Assembly (NCBI GenBank): GCA_963764715.1
Contig: CAVXTP010000022.1
Location: forward strand, 224,001-288,000
Direction: 5' to 3'
From: an uncultured Acidobacteriota bacterium
GTDB taxonomy: Bacteria; Acidobacteriota; Thermoanaerobaculia; UBA5066; Gp7-AA6
DNA: 64,000 nt
Shown here one piece after another: positions 9,408-21,046 of the stretch. Both the position numbers and the translations under genes were made by a program. A model generated the notes under the pieces. That model was not told where the DNA came from and ran no database searches. It saw nothing but the letters and a program-made list of their open reading frames with translations. Numbering within the stretch: position 1 is the stretch's first letter; every line of letters starts with the position of its first letter.

Positions 9408-10085
9408 TCAGCCCGAGGCCGCCGGCAGCCCGGTGCCCTTGAGAAGGTCCTTGACGATGCGCGCGGTCTCTTCCTTGCCGGGCACGCAGAGGTTGGGGTC
9501 CTTCTCCTTGCCGTTGGCGAGGGCCACCGCGTAGCCCTCGCAGTCGTAGCCGCAGGCGGTGCAGTCCGTCTGGGCCATGGCCGCGTAGAGCTTCAGCGCG
9601 AGGTTGCCGTCCTTCGCCATCTCCATGCGCTTCCCCAGCGGAATCGTCTCGTCGTGGAAGGCCGGCGCCTCCTTCTTGGGCTTGGCCGCCACGACTTCTT
9701 CTTCCTCGCGGCCCGTCTCCATCCACTGGCCGTAGGAGAGGCAGTTGGGGCAGACGAAGCTGTAGTCCCAGCCCTGGGGCAGGAACACGGCCGGCGTCCG
9801 GTAGACGTGGAGGGCCGTGAAGTCCTGGGGGCACGTGGGCGACTCGCGCTCCTGCGCGTCCCGGACCATCGTCTTCAGGTGGGGCCGCGAGAACTCGATC
9901 TGCTTGGGCTTCTGCGCGAACCGGTGCATCTCCTTGCCGCGCGGGCAGACCATGACGACCTGCGGCTTGTAGACGCGGTCCACGAAGAAGGTCCGCATCG
10001 GCACGTCGTGCGTGGGGCAGACCGAGGGGGCGTCCTTCCAGAACGAGGCGACGAGGGCGGATTTCTCCGGAATCGAAAGTCCCAT
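9408..10085 (-). CDS. Cys-rich protein with two putative Zn-ribbon repeats and a C-terminal 4Fe-4S (FeS, RnfB/AcsC N-terminal type) domain
   Basis: CPTH..CPRG, CPQD..CPNC, then AAMAQTDCTACGYDCEGYAVALANG..NLCVPG; TATAAT 9 nt upstream of ATG. Confidence 0.75.
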   Translation of the reverse strand: MGLSIPEKSALVASFWKDAPSVCPTHDVPMRTFFVDRVYKPQVVMVCPRGKEMHRFAQKPKQIEFSRPHLKTMVRDAQERESPTCPQDFTALHVYRTPAVFLPQGWDYSFVCPNCLSYGQWMETGREEEEVVAAKPKKEAPAFHDETIPLGKRMEMAKDGNLALKLYAAMAQTDCTACGYDCEGYAVALANGKEKDPNLCVPGKEETARIVKDLLKGTGLPAASG

Positions 10086-10106
10086 CGGGCGAGGATTATA
10101 AACGGG

Positions 10107-10751
10107 TCAGAGCGCGGCGAAAGGGTTCAGGCGCTTCTCCTCGGCGATCGTCGTGCCCTCCCCGTGGCCGCAGACGACGGGCGTCGAGCCCTCGAGCGGG
10201 AAGAGCCGGCCGCGGATCGAAGCGAGGATCGCGTCGGTGTCCCCGCCCCAGAGGTCCGTCCTTCCGATCGAGCGCCGGAAGAGCGTGTCGCCCGAGAAGA
10301 GAACGGGGGAGTCGCCTTCGAGCAGGAAGCACGTCGAGCCGGGAGTGTGGCCCGGGGTGTGGATCGTCCGCAGCCGGTAGGGGCCGAATCGCACGACGTC
10401 TCCGTCGGCGAGCGGCGTGTCGGGCGGAAGCGGTGCCTCGGCGCGCAGGCCGAAGAACGCCGCCTGCTCCGGCAGGGCGTCGTAGAGCGGGCGGTCGGCG
10501 GGATGAAGCCGGATCGGCGCGCCGGTCGCCTCCTTCATCGCCCGCGAGGCCGTGATGTGGTCGAGGTGCGCGTGGGTGTGGAGCAGCGCGACCGGCTTCA
10601 GCTTCGCTTCTTCGAGAAGCCGGAGGATCCGCTCGGGCTCGTCGCCCGGGTCGATCACGACGGCCTCGCGCGAAACCGGATCGGCGAGAACGCTGCAGTT
10701 GCACTGGAGCGGGCCGACCGGGAAGGTCTCGACGATCGGGGCCGCCGTCAC
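10107..10751 (-). CDS. MBL-fold metallo-hydrolase (glyoxalase II-like)
   Basis: GPLQCNC, IDPG, HTHAHLDH, HTPGHTPGS, FSGDTLF, GRTDL; GTG start overlaps the upstream stop. Confidence 0.92.
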   Translation of the reverse strand: MTAAPIVETFPVGPLQCNCSVLADPVSREAVVIDPGDEPERILRLLEEAKLKPVALLHTHAHLDHITASRAMKEATGAPIRLHPADRPLYDALPEQAAFFGLRAEAPLPPDTPLADGDVVRFGPYRLRTIHTPGHTPGSTCFLLEGDSPVLFSGDTLFRRSIGRTDLWGGDTDAILASIRGRLFPLEGSTPVVCGHGEGTTIAEEKRLNPFAAL

Positions 10752-11152
10752 GGGTGCACCGCCACGACGGTGTCGACGTCGTGCCGCTCGCGGGCCGAGG
10801 CGTCGGCCCACACCGTCTTCGGAGAGGAGAGGTTGAGCTGGACGGCCCACTCCTGGTTGTCGGGCCGCCGGTACTCCGAGGCGAAGAGCTGGCGGCGGCT
10901 CTTCGGCGTGAAGATCTCCCACCGGATGTAGCCGAAGTCGGCGGTGTCGCCGTGCAGGTAGAACGCCGGGATCCTCTCGCCGGGCTCGATCCGCGCGTCC
11001 CGCACGGTCGTCGGCGAAAATCCGTTGGCGGCGAGCCGCTCCTCGAACTCGGGGGCCACGAGCCGGCCCTTCCAGCGCAGGCTGTGCCGTCCGCGCGCGA
11101 CGCCGCGGCCGAGGATGAGGTCGTCGAGCGCGGAGGAAAGCTCCGGATCCAT
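10748..11152 (-). CDS. Hypothetical protein (134 aa)
   Basis: C-terminal part of ORF 10748..12925 from MDPELSS; normal composition; translationally coupled to the MBL gene. Confidence 0.65.
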   Translation of the reverse strand: MDPELSSALDDLILGRGVARGRHSLRWKGRLVAPEFEERLAANGFSPTTVRDARIEPGERIPAFYLHGDTADFGYIRWEIFTPKSRRQLFASEYRRPDNQEWAVQLNLSSPKTVWADASARERHDVDTVVAVHP

Positions 11153-11165
11153 CGGAACCCCGATC

Positions 11166-12632
11166 TTAGCGCCCCGGAACTCCGGCCGGGTCGATCCGGC
11201 GCACCGTCGCGCCCGCGGCCGTGGGGAAGCTCTCGGACGGAAGGCCGGCGGCCCACCGGCGCAGCCACGGGTCCTCGGGGCCCGCCGCGAGCACGAGCCA
11301 GCCGCGGCTGCCCGGGCGCCAGGCGCGGGCCATGGACCCGCGATCCCCTCCCACGTCCACGATCGAACGGCCGGGGTCGCGGCCTTCCGTCGCGTCGAAG
11401 AGCCAGCGCGGGCCCACGATGTAGTAGGCGACGCAGAGCTGCGTGTGCTGGTTCTCGGCGAAGATGCGCTCGGCCGGCGCCGCTTCGCGCCGCAGGTACG
11501 CGGCCACGGGACGCCAGTCCGGCCGGCCCTGCCGGAAGTAGACCCGCAGCGCGCGCGCATCGAGGACGAGGACCGCGGCGAGAAGCGCCACGCCGGGCAG
11601 CCGCCCGACGGGCCGCGCGAGCAGCGCCGAGACGGCCACCGCGGCGAGCGCCGTGACGGCGAGCCCCGCCGGAAGGAATATCCGCGACGCGTCGACGTGG
11701 GGATGGATCCGGGAGAGGGCCTCGATCGTGGCCGCGCCGCCGAGTCCCCAGACGGCGAGGAAGCGAAGACCCGGCCGCGCCACGGCGATCCAGGCTCCGC
11801 ACGCGGCGAGCAGGAGAAACACCGCTCCGCCCGCGGAGAGAGCGGCCCCGTCGCCCGGCGCGAACGCGAAGAAGGCGGCGATCCTCCCCGCCCGCTCGAG
11901 CGTCGGCGGCGGGGGAGCCGCCGTCGGCGGCCGGCGCATGGCGTCGAGCACGACGGGCGTCCACGGCAGGTAGGCGAGGGCGAGAGCCAGCGCGAAGAGC
12001 GGGCTCCAGGCGAGGAAGCGCCGTGCCGTGCGTCGGCGAGCAGGGTCCGCCGCGAATGCGTCCTCGAGCAGGAGCGCGCCGGCGGCGATCGCGAGGACCA
12101 GGCCCGCGGTGTAGAGGGTGTAAGCCGTCCCGAGGCAGAGCAGGTAGAGCGCCGCCAGCCTCGCCGCGCCCGGGCGCTCGAGGAATCGGTCGAGCGCCAC
12201 GAGGGCGAGGACGAGCAGGAAGAGCGCCAGGGAGTACGGGCGGAGCTCCTGGGAGAAGCGCACGTGGTACGGGGCGAAGGCGAGGAGGGCCGCGCCGGCG
12301 AGGCCGAGGACGGGCCCTCCCCGCCGGGCGAGAAGGAGCCCGAAGGCGCCGACGCCGCCGGCGCCCCAGAGCGCGGGCAGGAGCTTTCGCCCGGCGTCGC
12401 CGGGATGGAGCGCGTCGAAGAGCTTGCCGGCGACGTAGTCGAGGGGAGGGTGGACGGCGTCGAAACGCAGGGACTTCCAGAGGTACGCCCAGTCCCCGCT
12501 GATCCAGTACGACTGCCGGATCTCGTCGAGCCAGTAGGAGAAGTGGCCGAGGCGGAGGAGGGTCGCCGCGAAGCCGGCGGCGACGATTCCGGCGAGGGCG
12601 GCGCGGAAGGGACGCGGCACGCGGAGCAGCAT
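11166..12632 (-). CDS. GT-C fold membrane glycosyltransferase (family 39/PMT_2-like)
   Basis: SYWLDE, VHPPLDY, SQELRPYSL motifs; many TM helices; periplasmic tail RPDWRPVAAYL. Confidence 0.8.
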   Translation of the reverse strand: MLLRVPRPFRAALAGIVAAGFAATLLRLGHFSYWLDEIRQSYWISGDWAYLWKSLRFDAVHPPLDYVAGKLFDALHPGDAGRKLLPALWGAGGVGAFGLLLARRGGPVLGLAGAALLAFAPYHVRFSQELRPYSLALFLLVLALVALDRFLERPGAARLAALYLLCLGTAYTLYTAGLVLAIAAGALLLEDAFAADPARRRTARRFLAWSPLFALALALAYLPWTPVVLDAMRRPPTAAPPPPTLERAGRIAAFFAFAPGDGAALSAGGAVFLLLAACGAWIAVARPGLRFLAVWGLGGAATIEALSRIHPHVDASRIFLPAGLAVTALAAVAVSALLARPVGRLPGVALLAAVLVLDARALRVYFRQGRPDWRPVAAYLRREAAPAERIFAENQHTQLCVAYYIVGPRWLFDATEGRDPGRSIVDVGGDRGSMARAWRPGSRGWLVLAAGPEDPWLRRWAAGLPSESFPTAAGATVRRIDPAGVPGR

Positions 12633-12647
12633 ATAGACTCCCGCGCC

Positions 12648-13109
12648 TTGGACGTTCCATCGCTCGCCGTGCGGTTCGCGCTCGCCCTCTGGGTGGGCGG
12701 GACTCTCCTCGTCGTGATCGCCGCCCCGGTCGTCTTCGGAAAGATCCCGTCGCGGGACGCGGCCGGCGGGGTCTTCGGCGAGATCCTGCGGCGGTTCGAG
12801 ATCGTCAAGCAGGTCCTCTCGCTCGTTCTGGTGATCGGGGTCTTCGTCGCCCTCGAGCGGGGCCTCGTGCTGCGGGGCCGGACCGCGGCCGGCGCGATCG
12901 GGATCTTCGTCGCGATCGCGACCAACGTCTACCTCGCGATGGTCCTCCGGCCGAGGATGGACTACTTCCGGATGAAGGTCGGCTCCTTCGACGCCGCGCC
13001 GCCGGACGATCCGTTCCGCGTACGGTTCGACTCGCTGCACCGCCGCGCGACGCGCGTGCTCTCCCTCGGCTGGCTCGCGGCGGCGCTCGGCCTCGCGCTC
13101 TGGGCCTAG
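12648..13109 (+). CDS. DUF4149/TMEM205-like membrane protein
   Basis: ALWVGG..IAAPVVFG..SRDAAG, FDSLHRRA; four TM helices; TTG start inferred. Confidence 0.75.
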   Translation: MDVPSLAVRFALALWVGGTLLVVIAAPVVFGKIPSRDAAGGVFGEILRRFEIVKQVLSLVLVIGVFVALERGLVLRGRTAAGAIGIFVAIATNVYLAMVLRPRMDYFRMKVGSFDAAPPDDPFRVRFDSLHRRATRVLSLGWLAAALGLALWA

Positions 13110-13113
13110 GGCC

Positions 13114-13494
13114 TCAGCGCTTCAGGCGGGCGACGACGTCGATCTCGACGGACGCGCCTTTGGGGAGCTCCGCGACGGCCACCGTCGAGCGCGCCGGACG
13201 GTGGTTGCCGAACCGCCGCGCGTAAATCCCGTTCATCGCGGCGAAGTCGGACATCCGGAGGAGGTAGACGGTCGACTTGACGACGTCCTGGAGGCTCGCC
13301 CCGGCCTCGCGGAGGACGGCCTCGAGATTGTCGAACACCCTCTCGACGCCGGCCTCGAAGCCCCCCGGAACGAGCTCGCCCGTCGCCGGATCCAGCGGAA
13401 CCTGTCCCGACGCGAACAGGAGGTCGCCGTCGACGATCGCCTGGCTGTACGGTCCGATGGCCTTCGGGGCGCCTTCCGCGGCGATGATTTTCAT
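13114..13494 (-). CDS. ridA: RidA (YjgF/YER057c/UK114) reactive-imine deaminase
   Basis: APKAIGPYSQAI, SGQVP, PARSTVAVAELPKGASVEID. Confidence 0.93.
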   Translation of the reverse strand: MKIIAAEGAPKAIGPYSQAIVDGDLLFASGQVPLDPATGELVPGGFEAGVERVFDNLEAVLREAGASLQDVVKSTVYLLRMSDFAAMNGIYARRFGNHRPARSTVAVAELPKGASVEIDVVARLKR

Positions 13495-13578
13495 CGTTTT
13501 CGCACCTCGGCGGCCCCGGTTCCCGGCCGGCGCCGCGGTCTTTCCGCGCTAAGATACCGGGAACCGCGGAACAACACG

Positions 13579-15093
13579 ATGTCCGTCGAGCGAATCCAGC
13601 TTCTTCACGAAGACTACATTCGCCTGACCGAGAGGTTCAAGGCGTTGTGGACGTTCCACCAGTTTCTGCGTGGCGTCCAGAAGACGTTCTTCGCCGCCGA
13701 GCCCTCGTACGCCCTCGACTTCTCGAAGCTCTACGACGACGTGCGCTCGGTCGCCGGGGCGATCGACACGACGTCGCCGGAGAAGGTCGCGCCGCGCATC
13801 CGGGAGCTCTCGGAACGCCTCGACGCCTTCGCGCACAAGCTCCGCGAAGCCGACCGGCACGTGTCGCCGTCCTACGTGCGGCGCTTCTTCGAGAAGGTGC
13901 AGCCCCAGGACGAGAAGATCGCGTTTCACCTCCTGCGCTTTTACTTCTCGCAGCCCGACGTCGACGAGGACGTCGTCGACAAGGTCGACTTCCTGGCGAC
14001 GGTGCTCGCGGCCGGGCAGGGAGGCGACGCCTCCGCGGCGCGGCCCCGCCCCGAGGTCCGCAAGTACTTCGAGTCCGCGACCGCGACCTCCGTCTGGCCC
14101 CGGATCGATGCCGAGACGGCGCCGACGATCGCGCGGGCCTTCGACGACGTCGCGGCCGAGATGGCGCGCGCGCAGGAGTTCGAGGACCTCGTGACGGAGA
14201 AGCTCCTCCAGAACGTGCGCATCCTGAAGCGCCGGGTCGCGGGCGGGCTCGCCCATCCGGACGTCCTCGCGGCGGCGGCGACGTGCAACCTGCGCACGCG
14301 GTCGGTCTTCCACCGCCTCTACGAGCGCGAGGAGCGGCGGCTCGACGAGGCCACCGAGCGGATCGGCGACCTCGAGAAGGAGCTGACGCGCGGCGGCCTC
14401 GAGGTGCCCACGGCCGACGAGTTCCGGAAGTTCCACGAGTCCCGGCAGCGCTTCGAGCGCCAGTCGCGCGACTCGAACCTCAAGGCGCGGCAGGTCGTCG
14501 AGCTCAAGGAGGCCATCGGCCACGTCCTCGGACGGTTCGAGCTCGCGGGGCTCGCCGCCGAGGACATCGACGAGGCCCTGAGCCTCGTCGAGGAGGTCGA
14601 GTCGGACGCCGACGACGACGCGTTCTGGAAGCCGGCCGTCGAGCGGGTGCTCGCCGCGGTCGAGCACTACGACGACGGCGCGGGCCCTCTGCGCACGGAC
14701 CTCGCCGGGCTCGAGAACCTGCGCCTCGAGCCGTGGGAGCTGAAGGCCGCGCGGCATGCCGTGGCGGCGGGCGGGCGGCCGCCGAACGAGCGGGACCGCA
14801 TCCTCCTCCGTGCGGCCGCGCTGCGGCTAAAGGCCGAGGAGGAGACGGACGCGCTCGCCCGCTCCGGCGGCGAGCCGCGGGCCGAGACGCTCCGCGCGGC
14901 CCGCTCGACGCTCGGCCGGGTGCCGGCGCTCGACGGCGCGCTCTCGAGCGTGGTCGACGAGGCCGAGGCGGTCAGCTCGTCGGAGGAGATCCGTTCCTGG
15001 ACCCGCACGCGGTTCCGGCTCCTGCGCGCCACGGCCGACCTCTGGCTGATGCAGGACGCCCCCCGCAGCGAGCGCCGCGACTCGCGTCCGTAA
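13579..15093 (+). CDS. Hypothetical all-helical cytoplasmic protein (504 aa)
   Basis: Long ORF from MSVERIQLL with genome-typical codon usage; helical/coiled-coil character; no recognised motif. Confidence 0.8.
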   Translation: MSVERIQLLHEDYIRLTERFKALWTFHQFLRGVQKTFFAAEPSYALDFSKLYDDVRSVAGAIDTTSPEKVAPRIRELSERLDAFAHKLREADRHVSPSYVRRFFEKVQPQDEKIAFHLLRFYFSQPDVDEDVVDKVDFLATVLAAGQGGDASAARPRPEVRKYFESATATSVWPRIDAETAPTIARAFDDVAAEMARAQEFEDLVTEKLLQNVRILKRRVAGGLAHPDVLAAAATCNLRTRSVFHRLYEREERRLDEATERIGDLEKELTRGGLEVPTADEFRKFHESRQRFERQSRDSNLKARQVVELKEAIGHVLGRFELAGLAAEDIDEALSLVEEVESDADDDAFWKPAVERVLAAVEHYDDGAGPLRTDLAGLENLRLEPWELKAARHAVAAGGRPPNERDRILLRAAALRLKAEEETDALARSGGEPRAETLRAARSTLGRVPALDGALSSVVDEAEAVSSSEEIRSWTRTRFRLLRATADLWLMQDAPRSERRDSRP

Positions 15094-15132
15094 GCCGGCG
15101 GACCGCCGGGACCGACCGTATACTCCGCTCCG

Positions 15133-16668
<1,536 letters not shown>

Positions 16669-16672
<4 letters not shown>

Positions 16673-17851
16673 CCGTGCGGTTCGAGACCTCCGTCGCGCT
16701 CCGCTACCTGGCCGCGTCCCGGCGCCGGGCCCACGTCGCGCTGATCGCGACGATCTCGATCGTGGGCCTCGCGGTCGGGGTCGCCGCGCTGATCGTCTCG
16801 CTCGCGCTGCTCTCGGGCTTCCAGGACCGCATCCGCCGCCAGATGATGGAGCGGACCGCGCACCTCACGGTTTTCCCGGCGCGCGGCGCGCTCCTGCCCG
16901 ACGCCGACGCCGCGCGGCGGGCGCTCGAGAAGGCGCCGGGGGCCTCGGGCGTCGAAGCCGCGATCGAAGGCCGCGGCTGGGCCTCGGACATCGACGGCTC
17001 CGCCATCCAGCCGGTCCGCTTCCGCAACGGCGACGCCGCCGGGACGGAGTCGGGCGACGGTGCCCGGCGCCGTCATCACGCGGCCGCTCGCCGCGCGGCT
17101 CCACCTCGCGGTGGGCGACCCGATGCGGCTGACGTCGTCGCGTACGCGGCTCTCGCCGGTCGGACCGATCCCGGTCTCGGTCGTGCTCGAGGTCTCCGAC
17201 GTCCGGGGCGCGGGCCTCCTCGAGAAGGCCGCCGAGGTCGAGGTCTCGGAGTCGACCGCGCGGCTGCTCTCGGGAGTGGCCTCGGGCGCGTTCGCCTACG
17301 AGGCGCGCCTCGCCGACCCGACACGGGCCGACGACGCGGCGGCCGCGGTGCGGGCGGCGCTCCCGGCGGGATACAAGGTCGAGACGTGGCGGGACCGCAA
17401 CGCGCCGCTCGCCTTCGCGCTGCGGCTGGAGAAGGCGGTCATCTTCGTGACGGTTGGCCTCGTGATCGTGGTCGCGGCGCTCAACATCGTGGCCTCGATC
17501 GCCCTGACCGTGGTCGAGAAGAAGCGCGACCTCGGGGTCCTGACGTCGATGGGCGCAGCGCCCGGAGCGCTCCTCCGGATCTACCTGACGCTCGGCGCGG
17601 TGATCGGCGTCGTCGGAACGGCCGCCGGGGTCGTGATCGGCGTCGGCCTCTCGGTCGCCGCCGACCGGCTGAAGCTGGTGCCCCTGCCGCCGGAGGTCTA
17701 CTCGATCTCGCACGTTCCCTTCGCCATTCACCCGGCCGAGGTCGCCGCGTGCGCCGCGTTCGCCATCGGCACGGCGATCGCGGCCGCGGTCCTGCCGGCG
17801 CGCGCGGCGGCGCGGCTGGCGCCGGGCGAGGCGATCCGGCTGTCGCGATGA
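16669..17851 (+). CDS. lolE: Lipoprotein-releasing ABC permease LolC/E (LolF-type), frameshift near 17050
   Basis: [28 protein letters not shown], then [35 protein letters not shown]. Confidence 0.85.
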
Positions 17852-18549
17852 CGGCGCTGGCGATCCGGGCCGAGGGGCTCTCGAAGACCTACACGGGGGA
17901 GGGCGCGCCCGTGACGGTGTTCTCGGGCCTGTCCTTCGACCTTCGCGAGGGCACGTTCGCCGCGGTCATGGGACCCTCGGGCGTGGGCAAGTCGACCCTG
18001 CTCCACCTGATCGGCGGCATCGACCGGCCGGACACCGGCCGCGTCGAGGTGTTCGGCACGGCGATCGAGGAGCTGACGCCGCGCGCGCGGGCCCGGTTCC
18101 GCAACGAGAAAGTCGGGTTCGTGTTCCAGTTCCATCACCTTTTGCCCGAGTTCACGGCTGAAGAGAACGTCGCGATGCCTCACCGCATCGCCGGGGTGCC
18201 GGAAGCCGAGGCGCGCCGGAAGGCCGCGGCGCTGCTCGAGCGCGTGGGACTCGGGGACCGGCGCCACCACGGAGCACGGGCCCTCTCGGGCGGCGAGCAG
18301 CAGCGCGTCGCGATCGCGCGCGCCCTCGCGCGGGGCCCGGGGCTGCTCCTGGCCGACGAGCCGACCGGGAATCTCGACTCGGCCTCGGCCGGGGCGGTCT
18401 TCGGCCTCCTGCGGGAGCTCCACGCGGAGCGGGGAATGACGACCGTTCTCGTCACGCACAACCCGGATCTGGCGAATCGCTGTGATAGACTTTTCACGAT
18501 GTCCCGGGAAGGAATTACTCCGTCGCCCGGTTTGCCAGAGCGAGGCTAG
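17848..18549 (+). CDS. lolD: Lipoprotein-releasing ABC ATPase LolD
   Basis: [48 protein letters not shown]; follows lolE with ATGA overlap. Confidence 0.9.
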   Translation: MTALAIRAEGLSKTYTGEGAPVTVFSGLSFDLREGTFAAVMGPSGVGKSTLLHLIGGIDRPDTGRVEVFGTAIEELTPRARARFRNEKVGFVFQFHHLLPEFTAEENVAMPHRIAGVPEAEARRKAAALLERVGLGDRRHHGARALSGGEQQRVAIARALARGPGLLLADEPTGNLDSASAGAVFGLLRELHAERGMTTVLVTHNPDLANRCDRLFTMSREGITPSPGLPERG

Positions 18550-18609
18550 TCCGGAGACTTCGCTCGATGGCTTTCCACCACAGATCTCCAACGGCGACAG
18601 GTTCCTTCC

Positions 18610-21042
18610 ATGTTTGAGAAGTACAACGAAAAAGCGCGCCGCGCGCTGTTTTTCGCCCGCTACGAGGCGTCCAAGCTCGGCTCTAAGGTGATCGAGTCCG
18701 AGCATCTCCTGCTCGGCATCCTCCGGGAGGGCGAAGACGTCATCAAGGAGATCTTCGCCCGGTTCAACGTCAAGCCCGAGGACGTCCGGCGGGAGATCGA
18801 GGGCGACCGGATCTTCGTCGAGCGGATCTCCTCGACGGCCGAGCTGCCCCTGTCCGAGGAGTCCAAGAAGATCCTGGCCTACGCCTCCCACGAGGCCGAG
18901 TCCATGATGCACCCCTACGTCGGCACGGAGCACCTCCTGATCGGGCTCCTGCGGGTCGACGGCTGCGTCGCCGGGCGCCTGCTCGCGGCCCGGGGCTTCA
19001 ACCTCTACGGCGTGCGCGAGGAGACGATCTCGCTCATCAAGGAGCGGGAGGTCTCGAAGCAGAAGAAGGAGCTGCCGTTCCTGGCCGAGTACAGCCGGGA
19101 CCTGACGCAGCTCGCCGGGACCGGGACCTTCGACCCGCTGATCGGCCGCGACAAGGAAGTCGAGCGCATCATCCAGATCCTCTCGCGGCGCACCAAGAAC
19201 AACCCGATCCTCCTGGGGGAGCCGGGCGTCGGCAAGACCGCGATCGTCGAGGGGCTCGCGACCCGCATCGTCGAAGGCGCCGTCCCGATGTTCCTCTCGT
19301 CCAAGAAGATCCTGGCGCTCGACCTCTCGCTGATCGTCGCGGGGACCAAGTACCGCGGCCAGTTCGAGGAGCGGCTGAAGGGGATCATCCGGGAGCTCCG
19401 GGAGAACCCGGACCTGATCATCTTCATCGACGAGATCCACTCGCTGATCGGGGCGGGCTCGGCGGAGGGCTCGCTCGACGCCGCCAACATCCTCAAGCCG
19501 GCGCTCTCCCGCGGCGAGGTCTCGTGCATCGGCGCGACGACCCTGAAGGAGTACCGGAAGTACATCGAGAAGGACCGGAGCCTCCTGCGGCGGTTCCAGG
19601 CGATCCACGTCACGGCGCCCTCGGAGAACGAGACTTTCGAGATCCTCGAGGGCGTGAAGGACCGGTACGAGCAGTTCCACAAGGTCCGGTACTCGGCCGA
19701 GGCGATCAAGACCGCGGTCTACCAGTCCAACCGCTACATCACCGACCGCTTCTTCCCGGACAAGGCGATCGACATCCTCGACGAGGCCGGGGCGAAGGTC
19801 AAGCTCAAGCGGGTCGCCGACACCCAGAACCTGCGCAAGCTCGAGCTCGAGATCCGCCAGATCGTCAAGGAGATGAAGAAGGCGATCTCGGACAAGGATT
19901 TCGAGAAGGCGGTTTTCCTCCGCGAGCGCGAGATCGAGCTCAAGGAGGAAATCGAGCGGGCCAAGGCGCAGTCGGCCGAGAAGAGCGACGCGACCCAGGA
20001 GGTCACGCGCCGCGACATCGAGGAGATCATCTCCTCCTGGACCGGCATCCCGGTCGCCTCGCTCGAGATGGAAGAGGCCGAGAAGCTCCTCCACATGGAG
20101 GACGCCCTCCGCCGCCGGATCGTCGGCCAGGAGGCCGCGATCATCGGCGTCTCCAAGGCGATCCGCCGCTCGCGGCTCGGGGTCAACAACCCCAACCGGC
20201 CGATGGGCTCCTTCATCTTCCTCGGGCCCTCGGGCGTCGGGAAGACGGAGGTCGCGCGGCGGCTGGCGGAGTTCATGTTCGAGAACCAGAAGTCGCTCGT
20301 GCGCTTCGACATGTCGGAGTACATGGAGAAGCACGCGGTCTCGAAGCTGATCGGCTCGCCTCCGGGCTACGTCGGCCACGAGGAAGGCGGCCAGCTCACC
20401 GAGCGGATCCGCCGCAATCCCTACAGCGTCATCCTCTTCGACGAGATCGAGAAGGCGCACCCGGACATCGCGAATCTCCTGCTCCAGATCCTCGAGGACG
20501 GGATCCTGACGGACGCCTACGGCAACGTGGTCGACTTCAAGAACACCCTGATCATCATGACGTCGAACATCGGCACGAAGCACCTCGTCAACCGGACGCG
20601 CGTGGGCTTCGGAGGCAACCGCGAGCACCAGAGCAACAAGGAGATCGAGGACCTCGTCCTCAAGGAGCTGCGGCGCGACTTCTCGCCCGAGTTCATCAAC
20701 CGCATCGACGACATCATCGTCTTCCATCCGCTCGCGCGGCCGGACCTGGCGAAGATCTGCCGGCTGTTGATCGACGACGTGAACGCCACGATCGCCCCCA
20801 AGGGCGCCGTGATCGACGTCGACGACGCCTCGATCGAGTGGCTTCTGGCGCAGAGCGGGGAAGACCCCAACATGGGCGCCCGGCCGCTGCGCCGCGCCAT
20901 CCAGAAGCACGTCGAGGACCCGGTGTCGGAGCTGTTGATCGCGGCGCGCGCGGAGCGCATCGAGGCGATCGAGGTTCGTGTCGGGCCCGAGGGGCTGCGC
21001 GTGACGGTTCGCGAAGACGAGCCGATCACTCAGGGGCGCTGA
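18610..21042 (+). CDS. clpC: ATP-dependent Clp protease ATP-binding subunit ClpC
   Basis: Clp_N repeats, two Walker A motifs (GEPGVGKT, GPSGVGKT), UVR-like middle helix, GSPPGYVG, GARPLRRAI. Confidence 0.95.
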   Translation: MFEKYNEKARRALFFARYEASKLGSKVIESEHLLLGILREGEDVIKEIFARFNVKPEDVRREIEGDRIFVERISSTAELPLSEESKKILAYASHEAESMMHPYVGTEHLLIGLLRVDGCVAGRLLAARGFNLYGVREETISLIKEREVSKQKKELPFLAEYSRDLTQLAGTGTFDPLIGRDKEVERIIQILSRRTKNNPILLGEPGVGKTAIVEGLATRIVEGAVPMFLSSKKILALDLSLIVAGTKYRGQFEERLKGIIRELRENPDLIIFIDEIHSLIGAGSAEGSLDAANILKPALSRGEVSCIGATTLKEYRKYIEKDRSLLRRFQAIHVTAPSENETFEILEGVKDRYEQFHKVRYSAEAIKTAVYQSNRYITDRFFPDKAIDILDEAGAKVKLKRVADTQNLRKLELEIRQIVKEMKKAISDKDFEKAVFLREREIELKEEIERAKAQSAEKSDATQEVTRRDIEEIISSWTGIPVASLEMEEAEKLLHMEDALRRRIVGQEAAIIGVSKAIRRSRLGVNNPNRPMGSFIFLGPSGVGKTEVARRLAEFMFENQKSLVRFDMSEYMEKHAVSKLIGSPPGYVGHEEGGQLTERIRRNPYSVILFDEIEKAHPDIANLLLQILEDGILTDAYGNVVDFKNTLIIMTSNIGTKHLVNRTRVGFGGNREHQSNKEIEDLVLKELRRDFSPEFINRIDDIIVFHPLARPDLAKICRLLIDDVNATIAPKGAVIDVDDASIEWLLAQSGEDPNMGARPLRRAIQKHVEDPVSELLIAARAERIEAIEVRVGPEGLRVTVREDEPITQGR

Positions 21043-21046
21043 GCGT

